64,000 nucleotides of DNA from Andalucia godoyi And28 (Eukaryota; Protista; Jakobida), in the NCBI GenBank assembly GCA_009859145.1, contig VRVR01000025.1, positions 261,491 through 325,490 of the forward strand. The letters are read 5' to 3'. Every line of letters starts with the position of its first letter. Within the stretch, counting starts at the first letter, position 1. Position numbers and translations under genes: made by a program. Below are positions 31,073 through 40,687 of the stretch, one piece after another. The notes beneath the pieces were generated by a model, which was not told the origin of the DNA, made no database searches, and was given only the letters and a program-made list of their open reading frames with translations.

Positions 31073-33313
31073 TCAAAATTGATTCTGTTTTGCAGCACCA
31101 GACCAGCTTTCCAATTCCAAGGGCACCCGCAATGTTGGAAGTGCAAACTTCACCAATTGGAAGAACATCAGCGCGACTGCACCCATTGCGCACGCACCCA
31201 CAATAGCCGTCCAGCAGTTATGGACATGGAAAAACGTTCCGACAAGAACGGAGCAGAATGACGGAACACCGTGCAGGCCGACGACGCTGGATGCATCATC
31301 CAAAAAGAGTTTTCGGCGAACAAGAAAGACGAAAGCGTGGGAGAGCAATCCCGACAGCAGTGCGCAGGCAAATCCCTGCCAAATTGTAAGAGAATCTGCG
31401 CAAGCAAGAATCGATATCACAGACGAAAACGCAATGCCTGAATCCAGATACAGGCCGGTGCCAACAACAAGTCCCACGAAGCCGATACAGACAACTGCAA
31501 AACTTGGCAAAGTTTTAGAGTACATTGTCGGGTAGCACACCAAATTGAGCAAGACAGAAATGGCAACGAAGCCGCTGCCAAGTCTACCCGTCATAGTCCC
31601 CGAAGCAGTGAAGTAGTTTGGAGAGACATCCGTGGCTTCGCTCCCGCTCTGCAAGCCAGCAGCGTGCTTTGCATACTGTCTTGGACCAATGTACCAACAA
31701 CCAACGGCGGCAAAGATGGACGGAACCAGATGAAATGTGGCTCCTGCGTAATCGTGGTAGTCCAAGTCCCATTTTTGGAGCATATACACAACGATCGGAC
31801 AGATAACAGAGGAATATACAATTGCAGCGGCTGCGTGAACCCACACGGATGTTCGCTCTGCCCAAGCCGAGGACATGATAAATACCCCTTGCATGCACAA
31901 CGCTGCTACAGAAAACCATGTTTGATACGCATCATCTTCCTGGTAGACATCTTGGGGCTTATCTATGTGCAAATAGTCGAAAGTGCCGCGCGAAACCGGA
32001 TACCCAACCAAAGAGACGCAGAGAACCACCACGGTGGCAAGAAGAAGATTTTTTTGCAGCACATTCTTCGACAGGGTCGGCCGCACAAAGACCATTTCAC
32101 GAAGAGTGCAGCCAAGAAGAAGGAAAACCATCCATACGGCGGAGGCAGAAGTTTGCAACACTCGAATCTTGATCTGCTCCAGCCGAGTCTTGAGATCCTC
32201 GACGGAAAGATAATCCGAAGGAACCAACACGGTTTCGACGGGGTGGACGTAGATGGTTCTGAAAAAGTTTCGTCCCGCGACTTCTGACCAATTGAGAGAC
32301 GCGTACTCGGTGAGAAACGTGAAATTCACCTTCGACAACGCTGTCGTGAACGAATCAAGTTCCCTGTGCACCATCGCCAACGTATCCAGAACCGGTGCCA
32401 ATGTACTGTTCAGCATCGACATCGACGAAGAGCGAACTGCAGTTTCTGTTGCTGTGCCTGCCATGATTGCGGAAAGATTCGACTCTAGTACTTGCGAATA
32501 CGTGAAGAGTCGCTGCAATTCCGACCGCATCCGTAGGAATAAATCAGAGTCCGCATCCGTGAGCTTCACTTCAACGGTGAAGTTTGACAGCGAGGAGACA
32601 TTGGCAGACAGATACGCGACATCGTCTTCGAATCCCTTCAGAAGCGTGCTGAGCTGCACGATTTCCGCACTGTGATTCAACAACGTACTCGACTTTACGC
32701 CGAACGTTGAATTGGCACTGAGCATCCGGTCCAGACCTTCTGTCAAGGAGCGGTTCATGTCGGCGTACAGCGAGGACCAGTTTCCACTGTTACTCGCAAG
32801 GTATTGCGCGAGAGCCAGATAAGAGGCATTCAACGCAGAGGACGCCGCTTCGTAGGCACCGACGGAGCTATATATTCGGGAGTCTTCGTGGAGCAAATCC
32901 ACCAGAACCTGATACACGCGAGACATGTTTGGGATCAGAGAGAAAAACGAAATGACAGTTGCATTCAGCGATGTAATGTTGGACGAGAACACCAAATCCA
33001 TTGCAGCCAGCTGCGACAGAGACTGGTTTTGTGCTGCCTGCAAGCTAAGGATCGAGGATACGGAAGCGTTGAGGTCGTTAGCACGGTTCGACAGCAAAGA
33101 TATGTTCGCGCTCAAGTATTCATCGGCCCTCAGCAAGTCTGAAATCCACAGACTTGTTACATTCGCAAATGAAAACAGCTCTGCTAGTGTCGTGTCCGGG
33201 GTGATCGTGAAGTTGCTCTCCTTGGTGCCTTGGGCATGCACGTTGTACCGTAGAAGGAGGCAGATCACAAATACATGTATTCCAAAGAAACGCAAGACAT
33301 GGCTCGGCATCAT
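31073..33313 (-). CDS. divergent ammonium transporter (Amt/Mep/Rh)-like protein with signal peptide and ~350-aa N-glycosylated ectodomain
   Basis: Signal peptide ending ...NVHAQ; many NxS/T sites; Amt motifs LREMVFVRP..KNVLQKN, SSAWAERT, HDYAGATFHLV, YIGPR, LDDASSVVGLHGV, LRVP. Confidence 0.75.
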   Translation of the reverse strand: MMPSHVLRFFGIHVFVICLLLRYNVHAQGTKESNFTITPDTTLAELFSFANVTSLWISDLLRADEYLSANISLLSNRANDLNASVSSILSLQAAQNQSLSQLAAMDLVFSSNITSLNATVISFFSLIPNMSRVYQVLVDLLHEDSRIYSSVGAYEAASSALNASYLALAQYLASNSGNWSSLYADMNRSLTEGLDRMLSANSTFGVKSSTLLNHSAEIVQLSTLLKGFEDDVAYLSANVSSLSNFTVEVKLTDADSDLFLRMRSELQRLFTYSQVLESNLSAIMAGTATETAVRSSSMSMLNSTLAPVLDTLAMVHRELDSFTTALSKVNFTFLTEYASLNWSEVAGRNFFRTIYVHPVETVLVPSDYLSVEDLKTRLEQIKIRVLQTSASAVWMVFLLLGCTLREMVFVRPTLSKNVLQKNLLLATVVVLCVSLVGYPVSRGTFDYLHIDKPQDVYQEDDAYQTWFSVAALCMQGVFIMSSAWAERTSVWVHAAAAIVYSSVICPIVVYMLQKWDLDYHDYAGATFHLVPSIFAAVGCWYIGPRQYAKHAAGLQSGSEATDVSPNYFTASGTMTGRLGSGFVAISVLLNLVCYPTMYSKTLPSFAVVCIGFVGLVVGTGLYLDSGIAFSSVISILACADSLTIWQGFACALLSGLLSHAFVFLVRRKLFLDDASSVVGLHGVPSFCSVLVGTFFHVHNCWTAIVGACAMGAVALMFFQLVKFALPTLRVPLELESWSGAAKQNQF

Positions 33314-33695
33314 GGCGGATGATGGTCCATTAAAGAAACGTCAATGCAATCAACAATGCCTGGACAAGGAAAAAAGAATTGCGCCCATCCCAAACAGTCC
33401 CCAATTCGGATTCCGGAAGCAGGAAAAAAAAAGGGGTGACAGATGATCGGGCAATTTTTACGTATCAATTGATTCTTTCCGCTGGCCAAAGCATGAAACC
33501 GACTTGACTACGGTAGGAACATCGCGTTCCCATTGGGTAAGGAAAAACTTCTGGGATGATGTTGTTTGAGGTTCATACACGAAACCCATCCTGCCTTTCG
33601 CTCTTCCCATCCTTCATTTTGCCAAATGACCATTTTTCGCACGATTTCTTTTTCTTTTTGCTGTCGAACGCGCACTTACACCAAAGAAAAAGGAC

Positions 33696-33723
33696 GAGTG
33701 AGTGAGTGAGTGAGTGCGTGTGC

Positions 33724-33760
<37 letters not shown>
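33696..33760 (+). repeat. compound microsatellite (GAGT)n-(GT)n-(GA)n
   Basis: gagtgagtgagt...gtgtgtgtgtgagagagagagag ends 2 bp before the CCDC86 ATG. Confidence 0.9.
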
Positions 33761-33761
<1 letters not shown>

Positions 33762-33762
33762 A

Positions 33763-34095
33763 ATGACTGTTGGCAAGCCTACATCTGGTCGAGTTTGGAA
33801 GCAGCCCAGGGAGGCATTCGTGAAGACGTTCTGCCAGACCCCGACACCAGCTGTACATCCAACATATCTCAAGCGCCGCGCAGCCGATGCGAAATTGGCG
33901 AGTATTCGGCAGATTTCCAGGATGATGAAGGAGGAGAAGAAGATGGAAAAGGAGGCAGAAAAGGAGAGAATAAAGAAGGTCCACCAACGCAGACTGGAGA
34001 ACGAAAAGAAGGCAGAAGTCGTTCAGACGATCAGCAATCCGCAGAAGATCAAGAAGATGAGCAAGAAACAGCTTCAAAACCTCCACAAGCGCTAA
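33763..34095 (+). CDS. CCDC86: CCDC86/Cgr1-family nucleolar coiled-coil protein
   Basis: GKPTSGRVWK, basic coiled coil, ENEKKAEVVQTISNPQKIKKMSKKQL; 110 aa. Confidence 0.88.
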   Translation: MTVGKPTSGRVWKQPREAFVKTFCQTPTPAVHPTYLKRRAADAKLASIRQISRMMKEEKKMEKEAEKERIKKVHQRRLENEKKAEVVQTISNPQKIKKMSKKQLQNLHKR

Positions 34096-34260
34096 TACCG
34101 CAGTTGCCCTCCAGTCGTCGTTTCTTGTACATTCATGGTTTCATCTCTACGTGAATTACCGATGCTATTCTGATTTTGAGTATGGCTTTTTTGTTTTTGT
34201 TTTTTGACATTGACAAGGTAAAACAATCACGAGTACTGTTTTGAGTGTGGTCTTTTTTCC

Positions 34261-34440
34261 TTAGAGCTCTTTTTGATACTCTTTCAGTCGGGACTCATAC
34301 TCGCGTCTCCACTCGGACGCATTGCCTGCGAAAACAACCGTGCGTGACGAACGAGCCCGCTGTCGCATCCACAATGCAAAGGCAGCAAGAAAAATACCGA
34401 GAAGAATAACAAAAGCTGCACTGCTTTCGGTGATCCACAT
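34261..34440 (-). CDS. small single-pass membrane protein (59 aa)
   Basis: ATG 34440; hydrophobic AAFVILLGIFLAAFALW followed by a basic patch and a short charged helix; flanked by AT-rich UTR-like DNA. Confidence 0.5.
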   Translation of the reverse strand: MWITESSAAFVILLGIFLAAFALWMRQRARSSRTVVFAGNASEWRREYESRLKEYQKEL

Positions 34441-34781
34441 CGTCAGCATTGGCGATACTGTGCGCCAGGGGAGCGGAGAGCAGGGGAGGTGGTAATTTAT
34501 ATTGATTTAAAAAAATTAAAAAACCCCTCTCAAACAGAAGAAATACCGAGAGAAAGAAGAAGAAAAGAAGAAACAATGTGCCTTACCTACTTCCCTTCAG
34601 TGCACCCAGAATGTTGCGGGATTGCAGCAGCTCCAGCCCGCTTCAGAGGGATCAACTGGAGTTCTTTTTTTCTGCACGTAACGTAATAATCACAGGCGTC
34701 GTTAAAAATAAAATACTAACAATAGCAATGGTAATAATCATAATATTGTTGTGTTGCGACAGCAGGCTGTACATGCTTTCC

Positions 34782-36701
34782 TCAGCTGCGTCTTCCTGTC
34801 TGCAGGCGAAGGACGACATACGCAAGGATGCGATAGGCAACAATCATTGCAAACAAGACCCCGACATCGAGTCCACGGGTGTCGGTGTCGAATCCGTAAA
34901 AGTCGAGGACGGTGTCTCCAGAGAAGGTGCGCGGGCTTTGCACGGTACACACATTCGCTAGTGCTCCGGAATAGTCGCAGCGGAAGGACTCTCCGTGAAG
35001 CTCATTGTACGCCATGCTTCGGAAGGCGTACATATGAAAGCTGAGATAGGAGATCCATTTGAAATACGGCGGGATGTCTGTGAAGTTGAGAAAGAATCCG
35101 GAAACCAGCATAAACAGTCCAAACATTCCCGATGCGGCTGCAAGGCCTAGCAAGAATATTCGAGTGGAGGACGCAATAAGAACGACTATGGACTCGGCAC
35201 AAAACAGCGCACCAAACAGCAGTGCAAAGAAGTAGCCGAATCTGCCATCGACAAAGCCAACCCACCAGTACACAATGATTGAGACAAGCAAGGTAATCAG
35301 CAAAATCCACGGAAGAGACGCAAACGTACTGGCCATCAAGTACGAGGAGACCCGATAAGACCCATTACGACGCTCTCGGGTGAAGATAGCGCGATCGACG
35401 ATTAGTTCCGGAAGTGACGCAACAGTCATGAAGCTCAAAAACGCCACCAGAAAGAACAAAAGTGCAAGGCGATTGAACACGTCCGTCTCGGAATTGTTCA
35501 TATTGGCATACAGAGTACCGAGAACGATCCCCATCATGACAAACATTGCCACACGGACCCAGTACAGAGCAGGGTTCCTGATGGCGTTCTGAAAGTTCCG
35601 CTGCAGCAGAATTCCGAACTGCCGAATGGATGATCGCGCATACGGCTCCACTGGATGCTTCATGTTCTCTCCGACAGCCACCACCCCATTTTCGGGGGCA
35701 CGACATTCTGACTGCAAGCTCGCACCCGCCTCCAGCTGGGCCATCAGCTTCTTCTTCCCATCTGATTCTTCGTAGCCTTCGATGAGTTCCTGGACGTTCT
35801 CCGTTGTGGTACCCTTGAAATCCGTGTTGATCTTTTGCATAAAGAAGTCGGCAGGATTCGCAAGCGGAGGGCATCTGTACCCGAGAGATCCGAAGAAGTC
35901 AATGGCAGTTTTTGCTGGTCCAAAGTACACGACCTCGCCGTGAGACAGCAGCATGATCTTGTCGAACTTTGCAAACAGCGTGGAGGAAGGCTGGTGGATC
36001 GTCGTTACTACAGTGCGGTTCTGTCTGGCCAGCTTGATGATTCCATCCATCACTACGTTTGCAGCGGTAGAGTCCAAGCCTGACGTCGGAACGTCCAAGA
36101 ATGCCAGACATGGCCTCGAAATCATCTCGATGCCGATTGCAAGACGCTTGCGCTGTCCACCGGATATTCCGCGGATAAACTGCCCACCGACAAGTGTGGA
36201 GGCGCAGATGCGAAGTCCAAGGTCATCAATGATGTTGTTCACCAATCTTTTCTTTTCCTCGCTCCGCACAGAAGCCGGTAACTGCAGGTCTGCTGCATAC
36301 ATTAGCGTTTCGTACACAGACAGTGTCGCCATGAGATCGTCTGTTGCGTGGACGTATGCAGAGACACGCTTCAGTCTCGATTTTGCATCTTGTCTGGTGC
36401 ATCCGTTGAACAGGATAGATCCCGTCAGTCGCTGGGAGGGCGCAATCGTGCCGGCGAGAATGTCCAGCAACAGCGTTTTCCCGCTTCCCGAGGCTCCCAA
36501 AATGGCAAGCACCTCTCCCGATCTCACGATCCCCGAGATGTTCTTGAGAAGGACCCTTGTCTGTCCGGGGTTCTCGGGATCGGGAATCGTAAAGGACACG
36601 TTCTTAAACTCCAGAGTGATCTCGCAAGAAGGCAGCAGGGTGTCCAGCGGGTCCATCCCTGGCCGTGTCATGTCAACCTTTACAGTATCTGCCCCAGACA
36701 T
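34782..36701 (-). CDS. ABCG half-transporter A (degenerate Q-loop and Walker B)
   Basis: NBD-TMD order; Walker A GASGSGKT, signature ISGGQRKR, H-loop TIHQP, NPADF; Walker B reads LAFLDVPTSGLD and Q-loop reads AYVHATD; 6-TM ABC2 domain. Confidence 0.93.
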   Translation of the reverse strand: MSGADTVKVDMTRPGMDPLDTLLPSCEITLEFKNVSFTIPDPENPGQTRVLLKNISGIVRSGEVLAILGASGSGKTLLLDILAGTIAPSQRLTGSILFNGCTRQDAKSRLKRVSAYVHATDDLMATLSVYETLMYAADLQLPASVRSEEKKRLVNNIIDDLGLRICASTLVGGQFIRGISGGQRKRLAIGIEMISRPCLAFLDVPTSGLDSTAANVVMDGIIKLARQNRTVVTTIHQPSSTLFAKFDKIMLLSHGEVVYFGPAKTAIDFFGSLGYRCPPLANPADFFMQKINTDFKGTTTENVQELIEGYEESDGKKKLMAQLEAGASLQSECRAPENGVVAVGENMKHPVEPYARSSIRQFGILLQRNFQNAIRNPALYWVRVAMFVMMGIVLGTLYANMNNSETDVFNRLALLFFLVAFLSFMTVASLPELIVDRAIFTRERRNGSYRVSSYLMASTFASLPWILLITLLVSIIVYWWVGFVDGRFGYFFALLFGALFCAESIVVLIASSTRIFLLGLAAASGMFGLFMLVSGFFLNFTDIPPYFKWISYLSFHMYAFRSMAYNELHGESFRCDYSGALANVCTVQSPRTFSGDTVLDFYGFDTDTRGLDVGVLFAMIVAYRILAYVVLRLQTGRRS

Positions 36702-37220
36702 CGTGCTTCCTGATTCTGTGGCGTTCCGCGTCTAGGATTTTTCTTCTTCTATGATGAAATTAACAAATTTAAATAACTGAATTTTTTATTTTTTAATAAA
36801 AAAGAAAAGAAAAGAAAAGAAAAGAAAAACGAAAACAGCAACAACGACAAAACTCGCAAAGCAACAGCACAACATTTCTGTGTCGCGAACCCCGAGAAGG
36901 GAAAGATGCAGAGCGGGCATATTGAAGCGCAAAAAGACCGCTGGAAGTACTGGCAGTCTGGTACGGATAAAATGATAAAAATAGCCCGCGGCGGTGAGTT
37001 TTCCATCCAGAATTTTTGCGACGCCGCGAAAAATCAGCGCCCTAGCGCAAGAGAGCAAGCAGCACAAACACGTACGTTTCGTAATTCTGATGGTTGCTAT
37101 TTCATTTAATTTTATTTTTTGATGGGTTTCAGTCTTTTTCTCTTGTTTCTCTAAGGGGTTGGGTGTTTTTTTTGGTTTTTTTGCTTCATTCGCGGGCTTT
37201 CGAATCATTTGCATACTGCG
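36702..37220. promoter_or_regulatory. probable bidirectional promoter between the two ABCG genes
   Basis: 519 bp between divergent ATGs; AT-rich leaders at both ends with a GC-richer core (ccgcggcgg, acgccgcgaaaaatcagcgcc). Confidence 0.55.
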
Positions 37221-39161
37221 ATGTCGATGGAGTCAGAGCTAAGTGTCAGTACAGCAGATCTTCCCGGCACAGAACGAGCTGCTGCGGAAGCAGTCCAAGC
37301 AACGTCAAAGTTTTCACTGTCGGAGTTTCCGACGACTCTTCAGTTCGAAAATCTCTCCTTTTCCGTGGAAGTGAATTCCGTAGACCAGGATGGGAGGGGT
37401 GTGAAAGCCAGAAGGTACATTCTGCGAAATCTCAGCGGGGCTGTGAAGCCCGGAGGTGTGCTGTGTGTAATGGGACCGACTGGAAGCGGGAAGACAACAT
37501 TTCTGGATGCCCTCGCCGGTCGCATTGGATCTGGGCTTTTGGAAGGAAAAATTCTGATCAACGGGGTGGAACGATCGGATCTCGGAGACCGGTTTGCTCG
37601 AATCGCTGGCTTCGTTCCGCAGTTCGAAGCGCTGCAGTCTACACTGACCGTGATGGAGACCATGATCTATGCTGCAGAACTGAATCTGCCTTCCACAATG
37701 TCTCATCAGGAAAAGATCGAAAGGTGCTCAGAAATACTGGATCAGATGGGGCTGCATTCTGTCCGCAACACGCTCGTCGGCGGACCGTTCCTGGCGGGGA
37801 TCTCGGGGGGTCAAAGAAAACGTCTTGGAATCGCCGTTGAGCTGGTTACTGCAAAGCCTCTGCTTTTCTTGGACGAACCGACCACTGGTCTGGATTCGTC
37901 ATCGAGTTTATTTGTCATGGAGCTCATTATCAATCTGGCAAAGAAGTACGGATGCACGATTGTGTGCACCATTCACCAGCCGCAGTTCCAGCTGTTTGAG
38001 CTTTTTGATCGGCTCCTTTTGCTCTCGCGAGGGAAAATGGTGTACATGGGCAAGGCGTCCGAGGGCCCCAGATTCTTTGAAGAATGCGGTGTTCCGGTTC
38101 CGCAGTACACGAATCCCGCAGACCACTTCCTCGATGTCCTGAACACCGATTTTTCTTCTTCTTCTTCTGCCACCTCTGCTGAAGCTGCCGAAGCTGCAGT
38201 CGTTGCAGAGCAGACCATCGACACAATGGTTTTGAAGTTCGCTGGATTTTTGCAGCAATCGGAAACCTCCAAATCGGACACATCTGCCACGGGCAATGAT
38301 CGTCCATCCGCAGTTCCTGGCTCCGATTTCAATACGTCTGCAGCGCACCAACTGTGGTGGCTCCTGAAGAGATCTTTCTTGGATACTGCGCGCAACCCGC
38401 TGACGTTCTGGGCTTCTTTTGTTCTGTACGTTTCGCTTTCGTTGTTCATGGGTGTCTTGTATCTGAACATGAGCACCAACGTCGACCAGGTGCAAAACCG
38501 CATTGCGATTCTCTTCTTTATTGCCGCATTTTGTTCCTTTATGAAAATTTCGAGTTTGCCGGGATTTGTGGAGCAGCGAGACGTGTTTGTGCGAGAACGT
38601 CTCAACGGGTACTACCGAGTGTGGGTGTATGCGCTTGCAACATCCATCACCGCAATACCTTTTATTGTTCTGACGGCACTGGCGGCCGCCTCCTGTGTGT
38701 ACTTTCTGGCAGACCTGCGATCCGGTGCAGGGCACTTCTTCTACTTTGCCGCGATGTTCGCGGCGGTTTTGTACGCAGCAGAAGGCCTTGTCATATCCTT
38801 TTCTGCTTTGATTCCGATGTACATCGTCGGACTGGCGCTGTCGTCGGGCATGTTTGGCATCATGATGCTCATGTGCGGATTCTTCATTCCCAAAATATCG
38901 CTTCCCGACGGATGGATTTGGGCGTACTACCTATCCATGTTCACTTATGCGTTTCGCTCAATGCTGTACAACGAGTTCAACGATGTGGACTACACATTGC
39001 CGAACGGCGCAGGAAAAATCGCAGGCCAAGAATTCCTTGTGCGCTTCAAAGCCGACTCGAATACGCTCGGGATGGACATTGGGATTGTGATCGCAATGGC
39101 CGTGTTCTACCGAATCCTGTTCTACGTGTTCCTCAAATATCGACAGACAGGGAAGCGCTGA
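37221..39161 (+). CDS. ABCG half-transporter B (canonical NBD)
   Basis: GPTGSGKT, Q-loop GFVPQ, ISGGQRKR, LLFLDEPTTGLD, TIHQP, NPADHFLD; 6-TM domain with RERLNGYY. Confidence 0.95.
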   Translation: MSMESELSVSTADLPGTERAAAEAVQATSKFSLSEFPTTLQFENLSFSVEVNSVDQDGRGVKARRYILRNLSGAVKPGGVLCVMGPTGSGKTTFLDALAGRIGSGLLEGKILINGVERSDLGDRFARIAGFVPQFEALQSTLTVMETMIYAAELNLPSTMSHQEKIERCSEILDQMGLHSVRNTLVGGPFLAGISGGQRKRLGIAVELVTAKPLLFLDEPTTGLDSSSSLFVMELIINLAKKYGCTIVCTIHQPQFQLFELFDRLLLLSRGKMVYMGKASEGPRFFEECGVPVPQYTNPADHFLDVLNTDFSSSSSATSAEAAEAAVVAEQTIDTMVLKFAGFLQQSETSKSDTSATGNDRPSAVPGSDFNTSAAHQLWWLLKRSFLDTARNPLTFWASFVLYVSLSLFMGVLYLNMSTNVDQVQNRIAILFFIAAFCSFMKISSLPGFVEQRDVFVRERLNGYYRVWVYALATSITAIPFIVLTALAAASCVYFLADLRSGAGHFFYFAAMFAAVLYAAEGLVISFSALIPMYIVGLALSSGMFGIMMLMCGFFIPKISLPDGWIWAYYLSMFTYAFRSMLYNEFNDVDYTLPNGAGKIAGQEFLVRFKADSNTLGMDIGIVIAMAVFYRILFYVFLKYRQTGKR

Positions 39162-39893
39162 GACACGTCTTCTTCTTCTTGGCTCTTGCTGCCTGTCGCA
39201 GTGTGCCAGCCGTCATGAGAGGAGAACTGGGCGCCATCCAAGCGTTACGACTTGCGGTTGCCGGAATGTAATTATAAAATATTAATTTAAAAAATGAAGA
39301 GAAAAGAAAAATCGATTTCTTTTTGACAGGCCATGCCAGAGCAAAGGGCGGTGATTACAAAAAATGTTGTAAGAAACTGGTTGCACCCGAACGATCGTCC
39401 TCGGACAGAACAGGAAAAAGCAATTTGGCGCAGGTCCTCCCGAGGGGAGGGGGTGTGCTCTGTGCTGCGGCGGAAGAAGAGTTTCAGCCCAAAAATAGCT
39501 GGATCACGAGCATCATCCGGTGTAGCCGCGGCAATCCAGTTTTCTGCATTGAACTTTACGCGTGTCCGTCAGCAATCATTGCAGCGTGAGCAGCGATCTG
39601 CTCAAAAAAGGAGATCAAGATCGCGGAGCGTGGCAGTCACGGACGACAAAAAGACAATCCGCTCGGTCTTGGTGACTTGACCTCTCCCTCCTGCCCATTT
39701 TTTTTCTGTTGGTGGTTTGCTGGGAAATGCAGTGCTTCTGGGAGTTGCTTGAGAAACGCGCCGTGATCGTTCCTCGCTTCCTCTCTCCCCCTCCTAGCTT
39801 ATAACTGGCTTACGACGACCCTTCTCACCGTTTCTGAATCGAAGTCTCTGGCACTTTCCCAAATTGCTCAAAGTTTGTGCCAGTATCATCACC

Positions 39894-40208
39894 ATGGGAA
39901 ATTCGTGCCGGATCAGCAAAGTTCTCCCTGACAGCACCGGCGAAGCGGATGCACAATTTACAAAACTACGATTGCATTATTATTCCTCTGCTCGAGGTCG
40001 CAGAAATGCCGTGGACTCCGAACTCATTCTGCATGCTGGCAGTTTTGGAGACAAGACCAAGGTGGTGCGAGCATGGGAAGCTGCGCAAGTCCCACCGCAG
40101 CGCCGAACAGAGTCAATAATGACAGAATACGACGTTTTGGAGGATAAGGCCCCGGAATGCGGTGCCAGTGATCCGCAATCTGAAGATGGCTTTTTGTACG
40201 AATTGTGA
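39894..40208 (+). CDS. small hypothetical protein, possible N-myristoylation (MGNSCRISK)
   Basis: 104 aa ORF with ACCATGG context after a pyrimidine-rich leader; an antisense ORF (40024..40440) overlaps it, so the true coding strand is uncertain. Confidence 0.4.
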   Translation: MGNSCRISKVLPDSTGEADAQFTKLRLHYYSSARGRRNAVDSELILHAGSFGDKTKVVRAWEAAQVPPQRRTESIMTEYDVLEDKAPECGASDPQSEDGFLYEL

Positions 40209-40687
40209 GTTTTGGAATGAGATCTTTTGGGAGCGTTTCCTGTTTTGCTGCCGTCTCGTTTTTCTGTCCAACATTCGGATTCACGGGATCGTCATGGAAG
40301 TCGACCTCTGTGCCACGATTCCAGCGCAGAGGCTTGTCGTTTATGGTGTTTTTTTTGTTTTGTTTTTGCGTGCCATTTACGGGATCTGCTGTCTTTCGTC
40401 GTTTTACTGTTTGCACCATCGTTATTGCTGAATTGCACATACCAGTTCTTGCGATTGTGTGATGCGTGCTTCCAAAATTGCATCAGGTTGCGCGGTGCTG
40501 ACCGACCTGCGTCCATAATGCGGAGCTATTCGTTCGGCTGCTGAATGATAGACTCCTAGTCATCCTGAACCTCCAGCACACATTCGCACATATTCATGAG
40601 ATTCTGTCCGATTTACTTGCGAACGACACGGCGTTGTGCAGAGAATTCGTATTTTTTGTGCTCTTTAGTTAGCAATACTCACATTCT

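Noticed and set aside
35953-38735. Long antisense ORFs such as 35953..36735, 37908..38735, 21690..22502 and 10001..10810
   Set aside because: They are shadows of well-supported genes on the opposite strand, with no motifs of their own.
39333-39680. 115-aa basic ORF downstream of ABCG-B (similarly 8401..8676 and 42432..42815)
   Set aside because: Plausible ATG and length but no motif or homology evidence; left uncalled.
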